From Eukaryota sp. TZLM1-RC (lineage: Eukaryota > Protista > Metamonada: BaSk clade): a stretch of 64,000 bases of DNA. Below, piece by piece: positions 1-11,495 of the stretch (positions within the stretch are counted from its first letter, which is position 1; the number at the start of each line of letters is the position of its first letter). Both the position numbers and the translations under genes were made by a program. Under the pieces are notes generated by a model, which saw only the letters and a list, made by a program, of their open reading frames with translations, did not search any database and was not told where the DNA came from. The stretch lies in NCBI GenBank assembly GCA_040285825.1, contig JAUPSS010000007.1, positions 2,206,689 through 2,270,688 on the forward strand, in the 5' to 3' direction.

Positions 1-274
1 CAGTGGTGATGTAGCTTCAACATCGAGGGTAAAGACAGAATCTGACTTCCACCAAGAACACGGAGTACAAGATGCAGAGTGGATTCCTTTTGAATATTGT
101 AATCTTGTAGAATGTGATCATCTTGCAGTTGTTTTCCTTCAAATATGAGACGTTGTAGATTCACAGGAATTCCTGCCTTTTCTTCGACTTTAGACTTTGC
201 CGTCTCAGTGGTATCAAATTCTTCAACATCTAGGGTGATTGTCTTGCCAGTGATGGACTTACAAAAATTTGCAT
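1..274 (-). pseudogene. Polyubiquitin/ubiquitin-like gene, frameshifted, runs off window start
   Basis: Minus strand reads MQIFV/(K)[70 protein letters not shown] (274..48) with a 1-nt deletion after codon 5, followed by a degenerate second repeat (..TLDVEA..). Confidence 0.8.
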
Positions 275-769
275 CATTGAGAATTTGAAATTTTGATGCA
301 AATTCAACTAACACAGATAAATAAAGGTATCAGGGATATCCTTATTATCAACACTAGATATCTTCATCAATTGGAAGTCAAAGTGGTGTTGATACGATCT
401 AGAGTATATATCACCGAAGCTAATCACACCGAAATTGCAACAAGTCTATCACATTCTGCACCAGAGAAAACATCATCTACGTTCAGGGCGGGGGTAGCCT
501 GTGTGGGAATGCAAAATTAATAACAGCAGAGTTATATCCACTAAAACAAAGACTCCTAAAACTAGAAGAAAAATAATCCTACTATACAATTCTCATGAAT
601 ACAATTTGTTCAATGAAGGTTAACTGATGATGCCTGTGAATCTCATACGCTCTGTTCACGTCTTGCTACTTCATTTTCATTATTTCATTAAATACCCTGT
701 TCTCCATTGCTTTACGTTTATTGTTTTGTTTTACGTTTAATATTTTGTTTTTGGGAAAAATGGATTATG

Positions 770-2645
770 TTTTTTATTCATCTTGCACACTTAATTAAAT
801 TAACTCATAACTAATGGGACGAAATTCATTGAACCAAGATTTTCTCTACAAACTCTTGATCTGCTTGCTGTCTAGCTAAAGTTTCTCTTATTCGATTGAA
901 AACCGAGGTAATCTATTAATAATGGCAAATTGAATTCGAGAGCGCTTTAAAAAAATATCAAATTTTTTCATTGTTTTTTCTTGAACCAATTTTTGGAAAT
1001 CATTCAAAAAAGTTACTGCTTCTACTGATAGTCTTTTGTTTATCGAAAATGGGAAAGCAATAAAACAAGTGGTCTATTTCTATCAGCATTAGCTTCTTCG
1101 ATATCTTTGTCATATTTTCTATGTTTTTCTTTAGCTTAAAATTCAAGAGCACTTACAGGATTAAGTTTTCTTCTTTGAACCAAAGTGTCATTTGCAACAT
1201 TACATGAGACAAAGTCAACAATAGCTTCCGACTTATCCATCCAATCACAGTATACATCACCTCTATCATCAGAACCAAAATTATTTAGAGACAGTGTTTC
1301 CTTCAGGAGAGGCTCTTTGATGCACGATATTCTTGCAGTTTGTGCCATATTGAAAACAGTGTCTCTAACAGCATCATGTAATGACGAACGAAAAGTCCTC
1401 AATTTCGAACAATTTAGAGCATGGCGTAAAGTGTGATGAGGTGAATTAGAACAAATACATTTTTCTTATGATAATAATTGATTAATGGGGAAATTCAAAT
1501 ATAATTTCATTTTTTGTTACAAATACTTCATTAGTAGCACACAGTCCAAATTTTCGTGGTACAATGGTTACAAACAATGAAGAATCTGATGACTTGCTTT
1601 CACAAACACCCATTTTCCAATAACAATGAGTGAAGATTTTGATTTAATACGGACGAGCTGCATATATTATTATAAAGATCTTTTTCATACATTCCAGTCA
1701 ATCGTTTCTGTAATGTTCGAAGAGTGTATTTTAAATTTAGAAAATTCTTTTCCGGAATATTGTCATTGAATGATTGGGGAAAGCATCGACCTTATTTTTC
1801 TACATCAATTTTTGAAATTTTTTCATTTAATGCAAAAACAGTGGAACTTTGCGATGTCATTAAATATTCCCCATCGGCAAATCTTTCAGAAAACTCAAAT
1901 ATTGCATTTCTGCATCCACCGATTGAAGCACATGAAGTAGCAAAAGAGGCCTTTGTCTAACCTAAACCGCCATAATGTGGACTAAGATAAGCATGATCAG
2001 GAATTTGGAACATTTTACATCCCATCATTTGGTCAATTTTTTCGGAAATTGAGTTCAACTTATCAAACAATTCTTTGGTAACTTCATCATTATTTCCAAA
2101 AAACGAACCCAAATGACGAATAGCATTAATTGAATATAATTTGGCTTGTATTTCAATACCATCAACTATTATAGAAACTGGAGAATTCGAAAGTAAAACA
2201 CTTTTAACTAAGTTAAGTCGGAGGCCAATTTTGTTAAATAATTCTGTAAAACATTCAGTTGCTTTTATTCACAATCTTTAAGTCACCTGTAAGAACAACG
2301 TCATCCATATAGGCAATCATTTTTAGTGAAGGAAACATCTCTTGAATTTGCAGTAAAACAGGATGAATGGACAAACAAAGCAAAAGAGGTCCTAACGGAT
2401 CTCCTTGCTTTACACCACTTGATGATTTCAAAATGGAATCACCAAAATGCAAATTAGAATTTGAGCTATATGTGTGAAAATAATGCATTAATTCTGGCAA
2501 ATAATGTAACAAAGCACCATGAATACTGCAACAACTAATTGAATTGAATGCATTGATAAAATCCAACGACACACAAACATTGGATTCATTTTGATGAAAT
2601 AAAACATCTGTAGCAAATACTGCTGAAGAAACTCCATCTGTGGTA
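770..2645 (-). mobile_element. Degenerate 5'-truncated CRE-like non-LTR retrotransposon (family CRE-A): RT, Cys/His finger, restriction-like endonuclease
   Basis: ORF 2255..2572 has LDFINAFN, QGDPLGP and AYMDD; ORF 1136..1402 has HDAVRD and RGD..IVDF REL motifs; many stops and frameshifts; 3' end shared with the copy at 40228..41163. Confidence 0.85.
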
Positions 2646-2807
2646 TGAAGAACTAACCGGAGATGGATTATTTAGATGATGAGCTATAAGTTTTTTTTTA
2701 TTTTTTTTACCTTTAAATGTTTTCAATTTGAAACGCATCTATAAGTTGTTTATATAAAAATCAATAAGATGACACCGGATTTTTGACAGCTAATTCATTC
2801 AATGTAG

Positions 2808-2879
2808 TCTCTCATAGTGTAATGGCTAGCACGCCAGACTTTGAATCTGGCAATCTGAGTTCGATTCTCAGTGAGAGAA
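2808..2879 (+). tRNA. trnQ: tRNA-Gln (anticodon TTG)
   Basis: Acceptor stem TCTCTCA/TGAGAGA, D arm TAGTGTAATGGCTAGCAC, anticodon stem CCAGA-CTTTGAA-TCTGG, T arm CTGAG-TTCGATT-CTCAG; 72 nt, no intron. Confidence 0.95.
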
Positions 2880-2885
2880 ATTGTG

Positions 2886-2894
2886 TTTTTTTTT
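2886..2894 (+). terminator. Pol III oligo-T terminator of tRNA-Gln
   Basis: T9 run 6 nt downstream of the discriminator base. Confidence 0.7.
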
Positions 2895-3216
2895 CTTCAT
2901 CAATATTGCTAAAAGTAAACAACGCGAACTTGTTAAATGGAACGGTGATTAGAAGGAAAAACACTCAATATTTCCAACTTTTCAGCAATGTTTCAATTTT
3001 TGTGGCAGCTTTTCAGTTTAGTGGTAGCTGTTTAGCTTCAAACTCACAAGTGAAGGATCCGGAATTTCCTGCATAAAAAACATTTAAAAATCAACTGGAG
3101 GTAGGGATTTTGCAACTGAAATGCTTCTCATGTATCCTAATTGTGAAGGTTCCTGACGCCCATCAGCTCTAAAAATGAAAGCAAAACCTGTGACTTATCA
3201 ATTGATTCAACACACG

Positions 3217-3406
3217 TGATGCCTGTGGGCTAGAGTCGGACATATGTATGAACAGATAGTAATTTTATTACGACGGGAAATGAGCTATGGTGAATTTCAA
3301 TACCATCACTAGTGAGGTCTCCATGGATAAACAATGAACATTAAGCTAATATACAAGAATAAATAGATAAGTCTATCTACACTCTAGAATAGTGTAAAGA
3401 CTAACA
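3217..3406 (-). repeat. 3' LTR of family A (190 bp)
   Basis: Near-identical to 6910..7103; minus strand TGTTAG...GGCATCA. Confidence 0.95.
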
Positions 3407-3426
3407 CTACTTCTTCCCCTCCTTTC
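3407..3426 (-). promoter_or_regulatory. Polypurine tract of family A
   Basis: Minus strand GAAAGGAGGGGAAGAAGTAG directly before the 3' LTR. Confidence 0.85.
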
Positions 3427-4856
3427 GTCGACGGTCTTTTCTGGCTCTTCTACGAGGTTGTTTGCAAGTAGGTTGCCCAGCAGAAGGTGGTGACTTGTTG
3501 GCCTGGAGGAAGGCTTGATAGGCCTTTGTGTTCTTAATGCGGTCGACAGGCTCAGTGCCTCGTACATCTCCAGCGTATACGACTTGACACTCGTCACCAT
3601 CCTGGCTGAGAACTTCTAATAAAAGATGTTCCTCAGTATCACCTGAGGCCACGATACGATGAAACTTGTCATCAGTGGGCTTATCAGAATGGTATGAATT
3701 GCATTGTGAAATGCTAGCCTTAGATTCGACACCTGTGATTAAATTCTGATTTACTAGGTTTGTCGATGACCAGATATGGGCCCAGATAATTCCCATGTAA
3801 TTGGGAGTTACTAGATGATTTGAGGATTAAACATCCAACTTCGAATAGCAGGTTACTCGTGCTTGGCTTCTCCTCTGGCGATTTCGATGTTTCGGTGATT
3901 TCTGCCTTTTCTTGTTTTTCTTTCAATCGATTAAATTTAGATTGGATATCCAGAATGAAAGGAACCTCAGTGGTAGCCTTTTCGATGGTGGAGAAAATTG
4001 ATAAGGGGTCAGCTCTGGGACTGACGTCTGACCCAAACATAAGCTCGAATGGACTGAAATCTGTGACAGAGCTCTTAGACGAATTCGTTAAGGGTTGTGC
4101 GTAAGGTATGTATTCTGACCAGTTGTCATAGGCGTTAAAATCGATTAGGAGCTTCCTAAGATTTTGTCAAATGACTCTATGACGTCGTTCAACTAGGCCA
4201 TTTGATTGAATGAAATTTGGAATACTGTTCGTCACGTTGATAGACAGGAATTCGCACAGTGATTTAAACACGTTGTTGGCGAATTCTGGGCCGTTGTCAC
4301 TGTGAATGCTGTAGGGTATACCAAAGACTGCACACACACTCCAAATCAAAGCGTCGGCTGTCAGCATTGCGTTTAATTCTTTGAGGGGCACGAGGATTGT
4401 ATACCGAGTGAAACTGTCCACGAAAACTAAGATGTATTTATTGGCCTCTTGATCTGGAGGAAGAGGACCAATGGTATCCACGTTCAATCTCGCGAAGGGT
4501 TTGTCAGCCCAGAGAGATCCGGTGGAAGGAGTGATAGATTTGGGGACAGGTGCCGTTTTCTGACATGATGAACAAGAACGCACGTGGTTCTTCATATCAT
4601 CAGTCATACTGGGCCAGTAGTAGTCGCTAGAGGATAGCCTGCGTAAACTCTCAGACATACTAGGATGACCACCTGATACATAACCGTGTATGATCAAGAG
4701 CGTGTCGTTGATGAGTGATGACGGGATGATGATCTTGCCTGATTCGTTGACGTAGAGATCAAGATGATTGACGGAACAGTTATTAAATGAACGTTCGTGA
4801 GCTGCAACAGCTTGTCTTTGCTCTGAACGGATTCTACTCAACCATGGATCGAACAT
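3407..4856 (-). pseudogene. Integrase plus chromodomain-like region of family A (frameshifted)
   Basis: ORFs 4167..4856, 3720..4040 and 3407..3796: H..GH..C..C zinc finger, rve core, GPY motif, EEHLLLEVLSQDGDECQVVYAG..EPVDRI chromo-like segment. Confidence 0.85.
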
Positions 4857-4943
4857 GGGGATTGCAGATGCACTTTTCTTTTCGAAATGAGGATTTTGTG
4901 TGTATCCCGAAGGTCGTCAGGGCCTGGAAGAGCAGAGTCGAAA

Positions 4944-6936
4944 TTAAATTAGAGATAAGAACTCAAATACATCAGAGATCTTTGGAAGGTTTGGAGCGAT
5001 AGGGATAGTGTTCGCATTGACTCCATTCGGACCACTGAAGTCGCCTGTAAGACGTGGTTTCCGATGATCAGGATAAACTACAAGGACAACTGGGGAGCTG
5101 AATCTACCGTTGGATTCTGTGGCCAACCCAGATTCGATCAACTCATCGAAGATTTGGTTGGCGATTTTGAGTCGTTCAGGGTTTAACCTGCGAGGTGGAC
5201 GATAAACAACAGTGTCTTCATCGTAGAAATCGATGTCCATGAGGTTACAGTCGATGCCGTCTTCATGGGGTTTCAACGTGAAAACATCTTTGAACTCTTC
5301 GAGAGTTGCGAGAAGCTGTTGATTTTCTGATTGATTGTTGAGCTTTATTTGACAACTTGACGAGTTGACGTGATCTTCGAATGTTTTTGACACCTTAAAA
5401 TCAGATGTCTGTGAAATTCTGTGGTCAAACTCAGATTCAGGTAACATTAGTGTTCTGTGAAGCTCGTCGAGATGAATGTATACCCTGTCGTTGTTCATGA
5501 GGCCGAGTTCATATAGAATGTCAATTCCTATAATTGAAATGTTGTTGCCTGGAACGATTGGTAACGATTTGGTAAGATGCACAACTTTGGCAATGCTACC
5601 GACATTGAAGGATAGGATTCCTTTGGCATTGCCGTCGGAGTTTGATGGTTCTCCGTTAACACCAATGAATTTGACAGATTCAGAGTAGTGTTCCATCTTG
5701 CATTTTGTGCATAGGTCTCTTGAGATGACAGATATGGATGCTCCACTATCAATAAGACCAGATACCTCTATGTTATCAATCTGCAACCAGAGTTCTATAA
5801 ACTTGGGACAATTAATAGATTTATTGGCACAAACAGAAGACAAACTAAAAATTCTATTGATACTCGAAGATTCAGGGTAGGATGTGCTCAAAGCATTTGA
5901 GAGGCGTTTGGAGGGATTTCGAGTGATTGTAGGAAAACAGCGAGAGGGGCTGTCCCTGATTTTTGGTGGTGGACTCGGATGTTGTTTTAGGCATGCTAAG
6001 AGAGTCGAAACCCACCGCGTTAGATGGGAGAAGGATGGGAGGAGAAGTGTCGAGATCCGAAACGGACAAATCTCCAGAGAGGGGTTTGGGGATGGAGGGA
6101 TCAGGAGAGAGAACTTGACTCCTAGGTACCCAGAAAACGCATGGGTTACCTTCTTCATCCTCACCATGAACAGCTACTTTCTCTTGACGAGAAGGTATTG
6201 GAGTGGTTTCGGGATTAGCTGGGAGACTTCTGAGAGTAGGAGGGTTATCCAACGAGTTCCATACTCTCGAGAGCTCCTGACCTTAAGCACTACAAGCAGC
6301 GAAAACTTGGCCTGGATTATGTTCGACTGCTGATTCTCTATCCAAACGGAATAGATAGAAATCCATAAGACAATCCGGATCTGGATGAGTCAATGGATCA
6401 TAGGGTTGGGGCATCAGCGAGAACTTAAAGTTGTCTCCATCCTCTTCAACCGAAGGAATTCGAGGAGGAGACTCGTTTAGGAACATCTGAATCATGAACT
6501 GCTCAAAGTGGTCCTTAGGAGCACGAGTAGCAAGTTCTGCCTTTAAGGCGACTAGATCCAGGAAGTCCCATAGTTCTAAATCCCTACGGAATTTTTCCAA
6601 GGTATACTGCCACTTGGATTGAGTAGGAGTAGATACCTTGGGAGAGGGTGAGGAGGGACGAACCTGACCAGTAAAATCTTTCGACTCCTTGGAAGCCGTA
6701 GAGGTAGACTTCTCTTTCGAGGTGTCTGCGTTGGCTTTTTCGGGAGAAGAAGAATCCTTGGCAGGAGTTGGAGGGTCCCCCTCTGAATCCTGAGGATTGT
6801 TGGCGAGATGGGAGTCGGAATCCCTACGGCCGAGATTGGTTTCACTCGAAGGTGAGGCTGCATCCAGAGAAGCCTGTTGTTCGTTAGCCGAAGAACGGCC
6901 AATAATTATTGATGCCTGTGGGCTAGAGTCAGACAT
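4944..6936 (-). pseudogene. ORF1/gag-like N-terminus, protease and truncated RT of family A
   Basis: ATG at 6936 lies inside the 5' LTR; Ser/Pro-rich ORF 6283..6936; ORF 4944..6167 has LIDSGAS, SSPVVLV and PRLTGDF. Confidence 0.8.
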
Positions 6937-7103
6937 ATGTATGAACAGGTAGTAATTTTATCACGACGGGAAATGAGCTATGGTGAATTTCAATACCATC
7001 ACTCACTAGTGAGGTCTCCATGAATAAACAATGAACATCAAGCTAATATACAAGAATAAATAGATAAGTCTATCTACACTCTAGAATAGTGTAAAGACTA
7101 ACA
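6910..7103 (-). repeat. 5' LTR of family A (194 bp)
   Basis: Matches 3217..3406 with a few substitutions and a 4-bp duplication (TCAC). Confidence 0.95.
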
Positions 7104-8348
7104 AACGAATATTTAAAGTATATCATACCAAGTTTCATTGAGCGAAAGGTTTGATACAAAGAAAGTTTTATTGTTGAACTGACAGCATAATCGCCATTAC
7201 TAATCTATTTATTGATTCAACAGAGATTAGAAAATCAATTGCTTGAAAGAAAGGTGGGAAAAAGAGAGAATGATGCGGAATTTGACGGGTGATATGGGTT
7301 TTGTGTATCACTAGTTCCAAAATATGAAGCACCATTTCCCCCTTCATTCTGGAAAAACCAAGCCATCCATTCATTAAAAACACATCTTCAAGAAAACAAC
7401 GCCGAAATTGTGCTGATGATGTGCTAAGTCAATTGAACATGTAAGGAGTCACATGAAGGTCAATCAAAGCACCATGGATTTTACATTGGACAGCTCATTT
7501 ATGATCATTGTGCAAAAAATATGTTTTTGGCTAATAAAGGGCTAATAAAAAGCCCATTCCTCAGCACTGAATTGAAGAATTTACCCAAATCTCAAGAACT
7601 GTTCGTAATTCAAAAATTGATATCGAAATTATTTATTTTGCAGAAACTAAATCACTAAATTAGCTTGGCCAACAGCTCAAGTTATTTAACATTGACTTTT
7701 CGTCAGCTCCCAGATGTTATGACCAGATCTTCCAAAATGAGTGTCTGTTGTTTAAAAAACCCCCTAATAAATACAAATGAATTGCTGCTTGCTTTTAATC
7801 ACTTCCTTCAGATTATGAAAATTAAAATTTAGACACAATAAAGGGGTGAAGAAAACTGAATTCTCACAATGTTTATTCCAATTGAAAGGAAAACATAATG
7901 CTTTAGCTGCATTCAGTCCAATTGTTTCTGACTGTTAACTCATTCAAAAAGGTCAATTACTCACAATGATATAGGTGACTGTATTTATGGTCTTTTGAGC
8001 TGTGTTTATCACTGGCTTGGATCCACTTTTCGATGGACTAAATTGAGGGTTCAATAGACATGGTACGATGAACAGAAGCTGATAATGGATAGAGAATGAA
8101 CTATATCTATGTCCAGGACCAGTTTAAATAGAGACATTGAGTATTTTTTAAAGTCGGAAATCCACAAAATCCAAACACGAATACTTGAATAAGGAAGGAT
8201 GTAAAAACAACAAAAACGTCCTCAGTATATACAAAAGTCAAGCAAGGTCAAGTAGACCAATATTGACAAGGACAAAAGCAATGAAACTGATGAACGAAAA
8301 ACGAAACCCGAAAATATGGATTAAATACTTTCTTTTTTTGGAAGGCAA

Positions 8349-10172
8349 TCAATCAATCATTTTTATCAACAAGTTCCAAGTAAAAACCCCAAATATTATC
8401 AAATAAAGACCAAGAAGATACATTGAATTTCCATCGTGAAGGTAAACCCCACTATCAGAAGGAAAAGGTGCTTTACTGACAGTATAAGCAGGATCATAAT
8501 CCACAGAGTTAAAAACCCAATCATTGGTAACATCATCACGGTCAAAACTATCAGAATAGGCAGGAAAACTAAAGACTGAAGGAGAAATCCATTTCTTCAC
8601 AATTTGTTTAACAAAGCTTACCAGACTTGAATCTTTGAAATCAAATTCACCGGGAAAAAGAGAAAAACTTTCTCCATCTAAATCAAAATTAAGGTTTTTC
8701 AACAGTGAACAAGTTTTCAAATCGGAATTCAAACATCTGAAAATATTTGAAACAAAAACACAGTCAATATTATCAACAAGTTCATCAAAGAGGGATTGGC
8801 TTAGCGTAATGTAGTTCTCATTTATCAAAAAGCTAATTACAGAAATAACAAAAGCTCTTGCTGATTTGCACAAATTTTTGTCCTTGAGCTGTTCTTTTTC
8901 GTAAGGTGAGCCCTTGAACTTGGACGTAAAATTTGCAGTAAAATCATTGATAGAAAATAGTGGGATCTCTGAAAAACTAAAAAAATCTGATGGGTCAAAA
9001 AAAGGTTGATTGAGGGAACTTCTATTGAATTCTCTGGAAAAAAAATTTAATGGACTTGGGGGAATATGCGATGAAAGTTTGGTTTTTAAATTTCTATTCT
9101 TTGAAACAATTTTCCTTGCTAAATGGTGATTATTAGAATGTAGATAAAGATTTGAATTTCCCAGCTCCACTGAACCAAAAACTCCAATTAAATTGGAAAA
9201 ATTATATGATTTAAATAATAATGATTCTCTATAGGGATCAAAACAAGACTGTTCCCAAATATTGGCCGTGTCTGAAGAATTGAATTTTTTGCATTCAAAA
9301 AACAGAGAATCATGCACAAAACTAGAAATTCCGAAATTCCCAGTAATATCTCCAGTCTCAAAGAAAAACACAATACTGATACCATGGTCAACAAGAATCT
9401 GCTTCATTGTCATTGAAATTGACCTTAAAACAGCCAAAATAACCGCTAATCTGGAGGAAACGAAACGCGAACTTTTACTGGTACCAACAAAAAATTCCCA
9501 GTCATCAATTCCAATAGTGACCATTAAAAGTTTGACCTCGTGACGTGATGTGACGTCAGCACCTACGTGTCCAAAAATAGAATTGCCCCCAATTGGGGAA
9601 CAAGTCCTGCTGCTAATACACCCTATATCTCGGGCTGTTTGGAAATCCTTGAGACTGACCACAGGCCTAGGAAGTAATGACAATTCGCTGACAGAATTAA
9701 GTAACGAAATGTAGGGAGCATCAGATGAAGGAATATAAGCAACAAGAAAAGGAAATGATGAAGTTAAAAGATTGAGACCAAAGGGGTTCCACGCTGATTC
9801 CGTGTTGTTGGAATTGGCATAAATATCAAGAGGAGAAAAGGAAGATGGTTGTTGAGGGAGGATGAGCACGGCATCAGGGGGAGATGTGAGGAGATCATCT
9901 AGAGAGAGGGTAAATAGATCTGCTGTCATGGTAGGACAAAGAGTACGAGATTTAGGATGATTTAGAGCTTGTCTAAGAGTAGTAGAATCGGTGATGAGGA
10001 TTGGTGTACAAGCGCAAGAGTTATGAGGTTCACTGCTGGAGGTGGAGCTAATAACTCTGAGTTGGGGAGCTAGATGGAGATTGCGATATAGAGCATTGTC
10101 CAGATCCTCGAAGGAAGTGACTGAAAAGCAAAAGCAGCATGTAAGAAGACTCAGAAGGAAATAGAGAGACAT
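8349..10172 (-). CDS. NCSTN: Nicastrin-like type I membrane protein (gamma-secretase subunit)
   Basis: Signal peptide; WNPFGLNL..FPF, C.PIGGNS, F.ETG..GN.G.S.FVHD, IPPSP and PAYS motifs typical of nicastrin; C-terminal TM helix; ~607 aa. Confidence 0.75.
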   Translation of the reverse strand: MSLYFLLSLLTCCFCFSVTSFEDLDNALYRNLHLAPQLRVISSTSSSEPHNSCACTPILITDSTTLRQALNHPKSRTLCPTMTADLFTLSLDDLLTSPPDAVLILPQQPSSFSPLDIYANSNNTESAWNPFGLNLLTSSFPFLVAYIPSSDAPYISLLNSVSELSLLPRPVVSLKDFQTARDIGCISSRTCSPIGGNSIFGHVGADVTSRHEVKLLMVTIGIDDWEFFVGTSKSSRFVSSRLAVILAVLRSISMTMKQILVDHGISIVFFFETGDITGNFGISSFVHDSLFFECKKFNSSDTANIWEQSCFDPYRESLLFKSYNFSNLIGVFGSVELGNSNLYLHSNNHHLARKIVSKNRNLKTKLSSHIPPSPLNFFSREFNRSSLNQPFFDPSDFFSFSEIPLFSINDFTANFTSKFKGSPYEKEQLKDKNLCKSARAFVISVISFLINENYITLSQSLFDELVDNIDCVFVSNIFRCLNSDLKTCSLLKNLNFDLDGESFSLFPGEFDFKDSSLVSFVKQIVKKWISPSVFSFPAYSDSFDRDDVTNDWVFNSVDYDPAYTVSKAPFPSDSGVYLHDGNSMYLLGLYLIIFGVFTWNLLIKMID

Positions 10173-10561
10173 TGTCAAATTAGTATTTGTTGTTAAAATT
10201 TGATTGTGAATATGGAGAACTTAAGCACTATCGACCTACTGTGAATTTCTCTTATCATGCATTCCCAAGTAAAATTCACTCCTGTTTTCAACTTTCTCAA
10301 TGTCTACTCACAGGATGTAAGAGACATGTAGCGTCATTTGACAAAGACAATCATGATCCTCATCAATAAGCTACCTCACTCAAATACACCTGCTGCTTTC
10401 ACAGAATAAAGCCTCGCAACTTGATGTCTCTAAGTGAATTTACCAAATACTATTAAGGCATTTGTAGATCGGTCTCAAAAGTTTTTAAAAGAATTAAAAA
10501 TAAAATACAAGTTGTTCCAAAAAAAATTGTTTCTAGATGCTCAGGTTCCCCATTCATCTCC

Positions 10562-11030
10562 TCAACAGAGCTTCAGGGCAAATGTATCTTGCCGGTCACA
10601 ATTCCGCTTTCTTCTTAATTTGAATATTTTTTGCAGCGGAAATATCTCTGTCATATACTCTTTGACACTCCGTACAAATACGCATCTGCCATGAGCATGT
10701 TTGAATATTCTCGGCCATGCAACAACTGGGCAGTTTGCTTGTATCAAATTCACTGGTTGACAAGTGTTTCACGCATTTTTGATAACACAACAATTTTCTG
10801 AAAGCCCTTGCTGATCTATATTGATTGACTTTTCGGCAATAAGAAGGGAAATTAGCAGAACCCACAGCAAGGTAGAGTTTTTCTGAATGTCTGGCCAGCC
10901 TTTGAAATTTGTTGAGGCTCTCTCTGAACCGTCTCTCTTCTCGTCTGCGGTTATACAATTTAATTATTTTCCATTTCCGGCGATTATTTTCCAAGTACAC
11001 TTTCCTCCTGGCCAAATTCCAATGGTTCAA
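10562..11030 (-). pseudogene. Fanzor/TnpB-like RuvC nuclease, C-terminal fragment
   Basis: LAVGSANF, SEFDTSK..SCC (RuvC-II), C.EC.RVYDRDISAAKNI (Zn finger plus RuvC-III); RuvC-I and N-terminus absent. Confidence 0.8.
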
Positions 11031-11495
11031 ATAATGAGAAAAAAAGTGAGTAAGTATTGTGAAACATTAAGATTAAAGAGAAATGGCTCACCAATTTCCT
11101 TTGATGAAAAGGGGATTCTATCACTTGAAGATAGTAAAGAAGCAGTGGCAGGAAATCTTTGAAAAAGATTCAAGAAAAAATTACATGCATTTAATAAAGA
11201 GAATCTTTCTCTAAAATTATTAAGATGGAAATTGATGTAGGGTTCGAGAATAGAATGAATAACTACGTCATCGAGTTGCTTACCTACTGTTATAGCTTCT
11301 AGAGGTGCTAAGGGTTCATCTGGTATAAGAGACAGAAGATAATTGACAAAAACATTCGTTTTATCCAGGGCTCTACAATGAGCATGAATGAAGTTTTTTG
11401 TCCAGGATTGACAAACTTGATTGATTTCAGGATAACAAAATCTTGAGGAGATTCCATATCCAATCCTTTTACCCAACCAAACACCTCTCTCATAC

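Larger units (their letters stand above)
3217..7103 (-). mobile_element. Ty3/gypsy LTR retrotransposon family A, internally deleted and non-autonomous
   Basis: Paired TG...CA LTRs, PPT, protease LIDSGAS, RT N-terminus cut after PKISDVFEFLS, integrase HHCC and DDE (VDSFTR, SDNGPEF, VERRHR), C-terminal chromodomain-like segment. Most of RT, all of RNase H and the capsid core are missing. TSD imperfect (CACG/AACG). Confidence 0.92.

Noticed and set aside
629-650. TGATGCCTGTG matching the family A LTR end
   Set aside because: Only 11 bp match and no recognisable opposite LTR end; could be chance or an unrecognisable relic.
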